Shown: positions 56,052 to 64,000 of the stretch, piece after piece
Numbering within the stretch: position 1 is the first letter of the stretch
Layout: each line of letters starts with the position of its first letter
Origin: a virus
Direction: 5' to 3' (one strand)
IMG/VR virus record: IMGVR_UViG_3300023174_000056
Span: 1 to 64,000 of that record
Length of the DNA: 64,000 nucleotides
Program-made: the position numbers and the translations under genes
The notes under the pieces: model-generated
What the model was told of the DNA's origin: nothing
What the model saw: the letters and a program-made list of their open reading frames with translations, nothing else
Databases searched by the model: none

Positions 56052-56129
56052 GTGTATTTCTCCTTTGTCGGGGGCAAATCTTCCCACCGAACTGTTATGA
56101 CTCTACCACGGTCTGTGGCGAGAGTAAAG

Positions 56130-56363
56130 CTAAAAATTAATATCTTTTTCTACGACCTGACCTACGACGGCATTCCAATTGAAAACACGAAATTCACGTA
56201 GTTCTAAATCATATACTACCTCAGAACCTTGAGATTGTTTAGCAGATTTACCACCTTTTAACGTTTCAGATAAAAATTGTGGTGGCAGATCTTTAAGTTT
56301 TGCAAAAGTCATAGTCCTGACGCTTCCATCTTTCTTCTTAAATGACCCAATATACGCTTTCAT
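56130..56363 (-). CDS. WYL_2/Sm-like SH3-barrel protein
   Basis: F.KKDGSVR.M...VYDL....FR.FN. Confidence 0.75.
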   Translation of the reverse strand: MKAYIGSFKKKDGSVRTMTFAKLKDLPPQFLSETLKGGKSAKQSQGSEVVYDLELREFRVFNWNAVVGQVVEKDINF

Positions 56364-57187
56364 TCTTGAACCTTTCTTGAATAAGCAACCACATAACAGT
56401 AGCTCTGATTCTGTGGCGTGCTATGTATTCTATACGAAATTTTCGTGCTGTCAAGAACTTTTTGACGCATATTTTCTTTTATTACCCTAAATAGTTTTCC
56501 ATTAGATTTTAATTCGCTTTCATTTATTACAAAATAATAGCATTTATCGTCGATAAATTCAAGAGGATATAATAATTTTTCAATATCATTTTCTAAATCA
56601 TAAACTCCAAAAGTCACTATTCTGCTAATTTCTTTTGGAGGCGTTGAATTATCAATAATAGCCTCTTGCGATGAAAGCTTCAGATACCCTGATAAACAGT
56701 TATGTATAACTTTATTTAAAGTCTCATTATATTCCATAATTGGAATATCTCCAACTATATTTTCTATCATTTGATTACTAACTATAAATGTGTTTTTAAA
56801 CACACCAGATCTTGCATATTCTTGAAATACATTAAATGTTAATTTATCTTGCAATTTTCCTGTTGTTGCTAACAACGATGTATCTGGTCTTATATAAGCA
56901 ACATTTAGCTCTTTTCCCTTTAATTCGCTTAAGACCCTCAGAGAACACCCAGAAACCTTCCCAGATCCACCAACAATTAATATAATTTTTTCTGTAACAT
57001 CTGAGAAATATTCAGAAAGATCTGGGGTATTTGCTTCGTACAACTCTGGCGTATTCTGTTTTTTTAAAGAAAAACAATTTTCGCCTTCTATGTCAACATC
57101 TATAAGTTTAACTTTAAATGCAGCGTCTCCTTCAAATTTTTCAGCAACATTGCACCCAGCAGAACCAAGACCAATTATTGTATACAT
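56360..57187 (-). CDS. Tubulin/FtsZ-fold protein (PhuZ-like, divergent)
   Basis: IIGLGSAGCNVA; degenerate signature GGSGKVSG; IVSN...N. Confidence 0.75.
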   Translation of the reverse strand: MYTIIGLGSAGCNVAEKFEGDAAFKVKLIDVDIEGENCFSLKKQNTPELYEANTPDLSEYFSDVTEKIILIVGGSGKVSGCSLRVLSELKGKELNVAYIRPDTSLLATTGKLQDKLTFNVFQEYARSGVFKNTFIVSNQMIENIVGDIPIMEYNETLNKVIHNCLSGYLKLSSQEAIIDNSTPPKEISRIVTFGVYDLENDIEKLLYPLEFIDDKCYYFVINESELKSNGKLFRVIKENMRQKVLDSTKISYRIHSTPQNQSYCYVVAYSRKVQE

Positions 57188-58395
57188 TATTCTACCTTAA
57201 GATTTAATTTCTTCATATTACCATAATCACGACCAACTTTAATGTTACAAAGAAATTTACCAAACTGAGTGTTTTGAACAATTTTTGCAATTTCTAGCAA
57301 ATTTTGTTTTTCATCATCAGTAATATCAAGTACAAATTCGTCATGTAATAAAAAAGCAACAAAGCTTTTCTTGTCTGACAAATAATCATCGACTTTAATG
57401 ACTTGCCTGTGGAATAAATCAATAAAAGTTGACTGATTTAAGTATGGGATTGCATGATGATCATCGGCTTCAATTTTTCTACCAAATGGTGTATACACAA
57501 AACCATTTACATAATATAGTGATTTGAGAACTTCTTTTTTGAAGACATTATCAAGATTTTGAGCATATTGCTGGTATGTAGGATTGCTTGAGTTGTATAA
57601 CCACTCGATAACAACCTTCTTTGATTTATCTCTTGATAAACCTCCGATGATATCCCTCCCGATCCATTCATATAAATCTTCCTGTGGCTGAACGCAATTT
57701 AATAATGCTAATGAAGTTCTTAACTCGGCTGCATTTATATCAAATGCAACAAACCAATCGTTATGAGGTTTTAAGGCATATCTAAACTGTTTTTGAAAAC
57801 TTTGAATAGGAAAACTTCCCTTTTTCATAGCCAATCTTCCAGTAACAGCACCAAACAAATTATAATCAATTACTTTACTAACATCTCGCATCTTATGGTA
57901 ATAAGATAGATCTTTTTCATTTAAGATATTTTTCTTTAATGATTCAAGGTCAATATTTAATGGTCGATACTTTATGTCAATAAGTAACTCATTAAATCTG
58001 CGAAAGAAATCATACTGCTCTGGTTTTGGATAAGTGTCAAATACATGTCTAGTAATTTTATTTTTAATGTCACAATATTGCTCCAGAAATTTTTGTGGCG
58101 TTAAATCAAAAAAACAATTTTCTTCTAATGAAACTTTTGCTTCAATAAAAGAAGACATAAAGGCTTTTAACCTAGATCTAATTTCTGTCCATTCATTTTT
58201 TAAATGTTCTGGACAAACTTCGTCAAGTGTTTTGCCTTCACAATATAAGTTTGCATATTGGATTTTTTGCCCTTTTAAATAGGGCGAATAGCTCCAAGAT
58301 GCCGTTAAATTTTCTGGAATTTTATCAAAATGGAGTTTGCCATTCGCATAAACCCCAACGCATTCTTTTTTATCATCTAGTGTCTGGAATAGCAA
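57187..58395 (-). CDS. Minimal family A DNA polymerase domain
   Basis: TGRL, motif A DINAAELR, motif B R...K......LY, NQST, motif C LHDE. Confidence 0.85.
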   Translation of the reverse strand: MLFQTLDDKKECVGVYANGKLHFDKIPENLTASWSYSPYLKGQKIQYANLYCEGKTLDEVCPEHLKNEWTEIRSRLKAFMSSFIEAKVSLEENCFFDLTPQKFLEQYCDIKNKITRHVFDTYPKPEQYDFFRRFNELLIDIKYRPLNIDLESLKKNILNEKDLSYYHKMRDVSKVIDYNLFGAVTGRLAMKKGSFPIQSFQKQFRYALKPHNDWFVAFDINAAELRTSLALLNCVQPQEDLYEWIGRDIIGGLSRDKSKKVVIEWLYNSSNPTYQQYAQNLDNVFKKEVLKSLYYVNGFVYTPFGRKIEADDHHAIPYLNQSTFIDLFHRQVIKVDDYLSDKKSFVAFLLHDEFVLDITDDEKQNLLEIAKIVQNTQFGKFLCNIKVGRDYGNMKKLNLKVE

Positions 58396-58403
58396 GTTTA
58401 CCT

Positions 58404-59612
58404 CTAATATTTTGAAAGTTGCTGGTAGTCAACCTGTGTTTTATTTAATTTTATAAAATTGTTTATAAAATTTTGCGACGACTGGAACTTGTTCTGGTCG
58501 CCCGCTACTACACCATACTTCAAAACATTTTGCATGTCAAGCACCGCTTTATTATAGACTGCTTTATTTAAGGTAATATTTTCTTCAACCAAACGAATGT
58601 CAAAATATAATTTTAACCATTCAAACTCTGAATACTCGTTGCTAACATTTTTTTCGCTAATAAGTTCTCTTTGCTGTTTTTTAATTATTGGAGATTGGCA
58701 ATCATTTATATCAACAATTGTGTCTATGCTTGGTTCATTAATACTATAAAAAGTATAGGAATGATGCAAGAATGATTTTAAAATACTTATATCCGTATAG
58801 AAAGCCTTGTAGAATCTTTTTTCGTATACATCGCTCTCGTCAGACAAGTTATATTTTGATAAATATTTTTGTGCCGCCTCAGAGTTAAAATCAAAGTGTA
58901 TCACCCAAGGTGCGTTCTTGTCAACAAAAAAAGAATGTCTTCTGCATGATTCTAGGAAAAATGGAAAATTATTATCTTTAACATAAATTTCTAGTTTTGA
59001 ATAGTCATCATCATATTGTTGGTTTGATAATGAAATTGAAAAACCAGACATAAAGCTATTAGAAAGATTTGTACCAAGAAATTTTGTTCTGGTCACAAAG
59101 ATCGTGCCTTTTTCTAAATTAATAAAATTAATAAAAGCTTTGACATAATCTTTAAAATTAATTATTTCTTTTTTATTGTAACTTGTTTTAACGTAGTCTA
59201 TTAAATATAAATTAAATTTAGATAGATAATCGCTATATTGTTTATGCACACTTATAAAAGATCTAACAGGAAGTATACCAGAATAAGGGCTACCAGGACT
59301 TCTAAGTTTTTTTGTTGCAACGCCTTTTTTAAAATATACATCTAGTTCGTTATAGGCATCCCTAACAAAATCATGAACAAATAAAAGATTGTTTATTTTT
59401 GGATTTAATTCTTTTAAAAATTTTTCAGATGGAAAGATCGAATTATTTTCTTTATCAATTCTACCAAATAATGGCTTTTCAAAATTTTGATCATAAAGCA
59501 TTCCTTGAAATCTATCTATAAATTTAGGATAAATTTCGTTTTTGAAATTATCTCTTGATAATATTAAATTGTTTGCTTCAAAATCATTTGAATCTTTTAA
59601 AAAAATAGCCAT
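58404..59612 (-). CDS. Hypothetical protein, probably structural
   Basis: 402-aa ORF following baseplate-type genes. Confidence 0.65.
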   Translation of the reverse strand: MAIFLKDSNDFEANNLILSRDNFKNEIYPKFIDRFQGMLYDQNFEKPLFGRIDKENNSIFPSEKFLKELNPKINNLLFVHDFVRDAYNELDVYFKKGVATKKLRSPGSPYSGILPVRSFISVHKQYSDYLSKFNLYLIDYVKTSYNKKEIINFKDYVKAFINFINLEKGTIFVTRTKFLGTNLSNSFMSGFSISLSNQQYDDDYSKLEIYVKDNNFPFFLESCRRHSFFVDKNAPWVIHFDFNSEAAQKYLSKYNLSDESDVYEKRFYKAFYTDISILKSFLHHSYTFYSINEPSIDTIVDINDCQSPIIKKQQRELISEKNVSNEYSEFEWLKLYFDIRLVEENITLNKAVYNKAVLDMQNVLKYGVVAGDQNKFQSSQNFINNFIKLNKTQVDYQQLSKY

Positions 59613-59618
59613 TATATT

Positions 59619-62030
59619 TTATCCCAAAATTCCATAATTTGTAAATCTACATCCTATTTCTGTGGAAAACTTGCCAGATTGTATTACATTTTTTGTTCTA
59701 TAAACAATGTAGAATCCACCTAGGCCAAGTTGTTGTATTGCTTCGCTTGTACCCGCTTTTGTGCTTGGTATACTTAATGTATACGCAGCATCTATATAAA
59801 CGGTAGATCCTGGTTTAAATATAGTATTTCCAACCATTGATACTTCAGCATTATATGGTGCTCTTAAAATTTGTGAATTTACAGTTCCTTGTTTTGAATA
59901 AATTAAAACTGGCATGGCTGGGTTATCGTCTTTGGCAAAATTTATTTGTTTTACAAGACCTCTATCAACACCCATCTTTAAATGGTATGTACCCTGTTGA
60001 GCATTTAAGTTTTCATTAATTATAAATGGATAATCTATATCACTATAATATATCTGCATATATAAATAAGGGATAATATTTAAATTTTGTAAATTACTGA
60101 ATTTTATTGACTGGTCGATTCTTTCAAGATCTTTGACTGTAATAATTTTACCTTCGTTTAAACCATTGCCATTATTTGCTGTATTTTTTAATGGGTCTTT
60201 GCCTCCCTGTTCAACAACATTTAATATGTGTATGTCTGTTTTTGGATTTGCGCTAACAAAGCTTTTTCCAAAACAAGATGGCCCTAAAACGTTGACAATA
60301 AATTTGCTTAGAACTGATGATAGAAATGATCTAAGTGTTACAGTTCTTCTTCTTTGAGCAACAATTTCGCTGTTAAACCAATCTAAAAACAACTCTAACG
60401 ATATTGGTAAGTCTGCAATATTAGTTTTTATAGTAACATTTGTTTTTTTCGAACGTGGTAAATCTTTTCTTTGCTGTAATTCTCTTATTGAGGAACTTTC
60501 TATCCTTTCATAAATTATAGGACCAGTTATAAGACGCAAAGGTTCATTAGCTTTATCGTCTTTGGCTGTTATATTTATATTTTCAATTATTAAATCTAAT
60601 AAATCTCCAAAATAAAAATAAGGAATCACAAATTCCTGTGTTGTGCCATCTTTTGTTACATTATTACCCAAAAAGGTTTTTTTAAGCTCTTCAATAGAAG
60701 CAGAAACATCTGTTTCGTTTCCTTTACCCTTTTTTTTAAGATCCCTATATTTTTGCTGAACGCCAGGAGCTTCGTCAATCTTCAAAAATTTTATATTAAC
60801 TAAGCTTGGTGTTTTTACACTTGGGTATAAGGCAGTTTTTAGTTTTAAAATGTCCTTATCGGTTAATTTACAGAAATTTATTAAACCTTTTTCAAAGAAT
60901 TTATCTAAAAAGTCAGAATATATTTCAAAATTTAAATTTGATTCTTTTAATTCTAATTCTTTTTCTAATTCTTGAATTTTAGCAGCAATTTCTTTATCAT
61001 CTGCTCTTAATTTTTGTTCATCACTTTTTTCTTCAATACTTTTTTGTATTGTTTGTATTTCATCTAATGATTTTGTGTTAGCAAGAATATTAGAGCGTGT
61101 TTCATCATTAATTCTAGCCTCTTGCGCCGATTGATAGTTAATACTAACAGTTACTCTACCTTGTTGGTCTATTTGAAGATCATGACCTTTATTATAAAGA
61201 TAAAGAACGTAGTTATTAGCTTTTATAGCTTTTTTTAATGCTTCTAAATTTCCGGTATATTGAAGATTATTTAAAACAGAGTCTTCAAACTCCCATCCAA
61301 TAGATATTTTTATTTTAAATTTTCTTGGATTAGCTACCTGTTGATCGGCTTGTAAATCTTTATCTGGTGCCGATGCATTTACTTTTGCTGGCACTTGATA
61401 TATCAGTTCCAAAAAGCTAAATTTTTTATATTCATCTTTATCTGGGACTTTTTTTGGGTCACCTGCGATTATACCAGTTCTTACTTTTGTAAAAGAATCT
61501 AAATTTGAGAACTTCATTATAAGTGTAGCACTTATGTTTCTATCAAATTCATTAAAACTGGTATTTTCCCATGAAAAACTTTCAAGACCATATCCAAAAC
61601 CTTTACCAATATGCTCTGACAAAATATCTTCTTGTGAGATTTTATCCTCCATTGGGAGTTCGATATCAAATTTTTGCCCTCCATCCAAAATATAACTTTT
61701 GTAAAGTCTTATTTTTGGAACAAGCGCAGATAAAATATGATTTGGAACATTAATAAATGGCATAAAATACTTGGAACCATGAATAATATTATTAGCACTT
61801 CTAATTTCGTCTTGATTTAAAGCTTTTAGATAAAATAAATTGTCATAATAATAGCCATTTTCTGGATCTCTTATTTTAAGTCTCTCAAGGAATTGATTTA
61901 ACTCCTTAATCATAATACATTGTTGATCATATTTACTAAAATTCTTTAAAATCTCCTTACCCTCTTTACTACTTGGGTCTGGAGGCGTTGGGTTTGCATC
62001 TGGTAAATCTGTTTTTGTTGCTTCTGCCAT
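59619..62030 (-). CDS. Putative baseplate hub / tail protein
   Basis: C-terminal VSMVGNTIFKPG.TVYI...G.Y.V......I..G.F.T, typical of hub (gp27/GpD-like) proteins; context. Confidence 0.65.
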   Translation of the reverse strand: MAEATKTDLPDANPTPPDPSSKEGKEILKNFSKYDQQCIMIKELNQFLERLKIRDPENGYYYDNLFYLKALNQDEIRSANNIIHGSKYFMPFINVPNHILSALVPKIRLYKSYILDGGQKFDIELPMEDKISQEDILSEHIGKGFGYGLESFSWENTSFNEFDRNISATLIMKFSNLDSFTKVRTGIIAGDPKKVPDKDEYKKFSFLELIYQVPAKVNASAPDKDLQADQQVANPRKFKIKISIGWEFEDSVLNNLQYTGNLEALKKAIKANNYVLYLYNKGHDLQIDQQGRVTVSINYQSAQEARINDETRSNILANTKSLDEIQTIQKSIEEKSDEQKLRADDKEIAAKIQELEKELELKESNLNFEIYSDFLDKFFEKGLINFCKLTDKDILKLKTALYPSVKTPSLVNIKFLKIDEAPGVQQKYRDLKKKGKGNETDVSASIEELKKTFLGNNVTKDGTTQEFVIPYFYFGDLLDLIIENINITAKDDKANEPLRLITGPIIYERIESSSIRELQQRKDLPRSKKTNVTIKTNIADLPISLELFLDWFNSEIVAQRRRTVTLRSFLSSVLSKFIVNVLGPSCFGKSFVSANPKTDIHILNVVEQGGKDPLKNTANNGNGLNEGKIITVKDLERIDQSIKFSNLQNLNIIPYLYMQIYYSDIDYPFIINENLNAQQGTYHLKMGVDRGLVKQINFAKDDNPAMPVLIYSKQGTVNSQILRAPYNAEVSMVGNTIFKPGSTVYIDAAYTLSIPSTKAGTSEAIQQLGLGGFYIVYRTKNVIQSGKFSTEIGCRFTNYGILG

Positions 62031-62033
62031 TTA

Positions 62034-62372
62034 TTAACCCTTAATATAAAATAAAATCTTATCTAGCGGTTGTGGTATTATAATTACATCTCCCGCTTTT
62101 AGTTCTGCTTCAGTTGGTTTTTTATTGTAAAAAGAAATAACCCACCAGTATTTTGGATCGCCATAATATTTGTCGGATAATCTCCAAAATTTATCGTGTT
62201 GCTTCCAGACATATTGGCTTAGTGTAAGCTCCGATATTTGTTCTAGGTCTGGATATGATAACTCTTGCGTGCCGTATTGTTTAATTACTTTTATATTTCT
62301 ATCTTGCAAAGATTTATCATATAAAAAATTATTATTAGAAAATATCTCTGATCTCTCGTATCTTTCTGACAT
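62034..62372 (-). CDS. LysM-like baseplate wedge protein (gp53-like)
   Basis: YVW...D....LS.KYYGDPKYWWVI..YN...GD.I.IP. Confidence 0.85.
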   Translation of the reverse strand: MSERYERSEIFSNNNFLYDKSLQDRNIKVIKQYGTQELSYPDLEQISELTLSQYVWKQHDKFWRLSDKYYGDPKYWWVISFYNKKPTEAELKAGDVIIIPQPLDKILFYIKG

Positions 62373-62383
62373 TTTATATTTTC

Positions 62384-63232
62384 CTATGTAGGTTCAAGTA
62401 TACCTGCTGATGCGTTTTGTAGTGCATCATTTACCGCTTCGCTTTCTGCTACTTTTTGTGCTTGTTCTTTATTTAATACACCTTCTGTTGTTGAGAAGCC
62501 GTAAGGATAATAGCTTGTATTTGCTTGTTCATCACGTGATCCAAAAACATAAGTTCTTTCTGCGCCTTGCTTTGTATTTTGAATCCACCCTACAGAATGT
62601 TCGTGGATTACGTTAAATCCAGATATATTAATACTAAATAATTTTGGAACAAAATATCTTGGAATATTATTTGTGTCTAGGACTTTTTTTGATAATTCAT
62701 TAACGTTATAATCAACATCTTTATCGTTTCGAGAAAACGAGTGAAAACCAGCTTCTAAATTAGGAGAAAAATTTATATTTTTAATTTTACCTAATAATCC
62801 ATTATTAAAAGTGCTAGAATCAACGCTGAAATTGGAGAATTTTAATCTAACAAGAGGTGAGGATGAAATTGTCAAGGCATTTCCACCCTGCTTATAAGAT
62901 GGATATAAAAATTGCTTTAGAAGCGACATCTTCTGCATATTTTCAATAGCTTCTTCTATTCCATAGGATGGAACCTCAAAAGCAATGCTCACTATTCTTT
63001 TTGTACTTTGAAAAGTAGAAATATCATCCATTCTACCATAAACAGATTCATCTGACCATGTTGACTGGTGATCGTCACTAAATTCTGTTATAAAAGCTTT
63101 AAATCTAACAGCTTGATTTGTCAATAAATGATAAACTTCAATATAAGATCTATCGTTATTTGTTGTTAAATCGGTGCTTGATTCACCGTTTCTAAAATTA
63201 TATGGAAGATATCTTGTTTTATCGTTTGCCAT
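62384..63232 (-). CDS. Tail-tube initiator / baseplate protein
   Basis: FKAFIT.FSD....W.....YGR.D....F..T.R; L.YP.Y; P.VRL. Confidence 0.7.
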   Translation of the reverse strand: MANDKTRYLPYNFRNGESSTDLTTNNDRSYIEVYHLLTNQAVRFKAFITEFSDDHQSTWSDESVYGRMDDISTFQSTKRIVSIAFEVPSYGIEEAIENMQKMSLLKQFLYPSYKQGGNALTISSSPLVRLKFSNFSVDSSTFNNGLLGKIKNINFSPNLEAGFHSFSRNDKDVDYNVNELSKKVLDTNNIPRYFVPKLFSINISGFNVIHEHSVGWIQNTKQGAERTYVFGSRDEQANTSYYPYGFSTTEGVLNKEQAQKVAESEAVNDALQNASAGILEPT

Positions 63233-63244
63233 TTATTATGCCTC

Positions 63245-64000
63245 TTATATAGCTTGTGGTCTTAATTCTGCATTTGCCAATCTTGCTATTTCTCTTCCGT
63301 TTGCTTGGATGACTAATGGACGATTTGCTAAAGCCATCATTGCTTGATACATTTTATCATCATTATTGCCAGAATTACGACCAGCTTTTGTAAAATCTAC
63401 TAGCATAGCAGTATCATTTTGTGTACCACTTATAAGTTTGCCAGCAGCGGTTTTAATAACTGGTAATCCAGGCGATGAAAGAACGTCCTCTCCTTTTTCA
63501 TCTGGTTTCAATGCTGTAGAAGATTTATTATCTGGAGCCATCTTATCCGTGAGTACTCCTCCAACACCCTTCATAAAATCTTCTGCAATGCCTAGTTTAT
63601 TCAATCCTTTTACTAAAACATCACCAGCACTCCATCCAAAAGCACCTGCAAGACCATTAACTATACTTAAACCAATACCAATTGGTCCTCCAAAAGCTAA
63701 AAGACCATTTAATATAGTATTGGCACCACCTTTTACGGCTATCTCGCCAACAGTTTTTTTAAGACCATCATCTGGCGTTTTCCCACCAGCTGTACCAGTT
63801 TCAATAGCATCCTTGATATCTTTATAAGTGAAAAACACGTCTAAGGCTGGTCCAAGGAATTTTAAAGCAGTTTTCAAGGCACCTTTTGCTGCTGCTTTAG
63901 CACCACCAGCAGCAACTTTGCCTCCAACATCAGCAGTGGCTTCTAGACCAGCTCTTTCTGCACCGCTTGCTAATTTATAAGCTTCTTTTGCGGTTTTTCC
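63245..64000 (-). CDS. C-terminal part of probable tape measure protein (runs off the window)
   Basis: Frame open to the window end, Gly/Ala-rich, ends with NGREIA motif upstream of baseplate genes. Confidence 0.65.
   Translation of the reverse strand, partial: GKTAKEAYKLASGAERAGLEATADVGGKVAAGGAKAAAKGALKTALKFLGPALDVFFTYKDIKDAIETGTAGGKTPDDGLKKTVGEIAVKGGANTILNGLLAFGGPIGIGLSIVNGLAGAFGWSAGDVLVKGLNKLGIAEDFMKGVGGVLTDKMAPDNKSSTALKPDEKGEDVLSSPGLPVIKTAAGKLISGTQNDTAMLVDFTKAGRNSGNNDDKMYQAMMALANRPLVIQANGREIARLANAELRPQAI

Noticed and set aside
1-64000. Stop-codon reassignment
   Set aside because: Conserved genes are full length in the standard code, genes end in TAA, TAG and TGA, and no suppressor tRNA is present.

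Overview
This window is part of a large, AT-rich tailed-phage (jumbo/huge myovirus-like) genome read in the standard genetic code, with almost every gene on the minus strand. From the right end it holds: the C-terminus of a probable tape-measure gene and baseplate-type genes; a replication and recombination block (minimal PolA-like polymerase, tubulin/PhuZ-like protein, gp32-like SSB, RecA, UvsE, 5'-3' exonuclease, DnaB-like helicase, DnaE); nucleotide and sugar metabolism (NrdJ with thioredoxin, ThyX, dUTPase, GuaB, PurA, deaminase, PMM, PMI cupin, nucleotidyltransferases); proteostasis genes (GroEL, GroES-like, Hsp20, ClpP-like, ATE/Bpt-like aminoacyl transferase); probable head-associated proteins; an early region of small ORFs with near-consensus sigma70 promoters and a MoxR/VWA pair; and a tRNA cluster driven by a triplicated 88-bp promoter unit. 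Main discoveries: (1) two tRNA mimics with D and T arms but a GNRA tetraloop in place of the anticodon loop, no CCA and an extended acceptor helix, plus a third structured RNA; (2) a prfB-like +1 frameshift cassette (GGAGG-UAU-CUU-UCA-G) in a deaminase gene, pausing on a UCA codon that a phage tRNA reads; (3) a tRNA-Asn split by a group I intron at 35/36, with a free-standing HNH gene overlapping the tRNA; (4) a UAU-anticodon tRNA with a long variable arm. All calls come from manual reading and motif recognition; no database searches were run.
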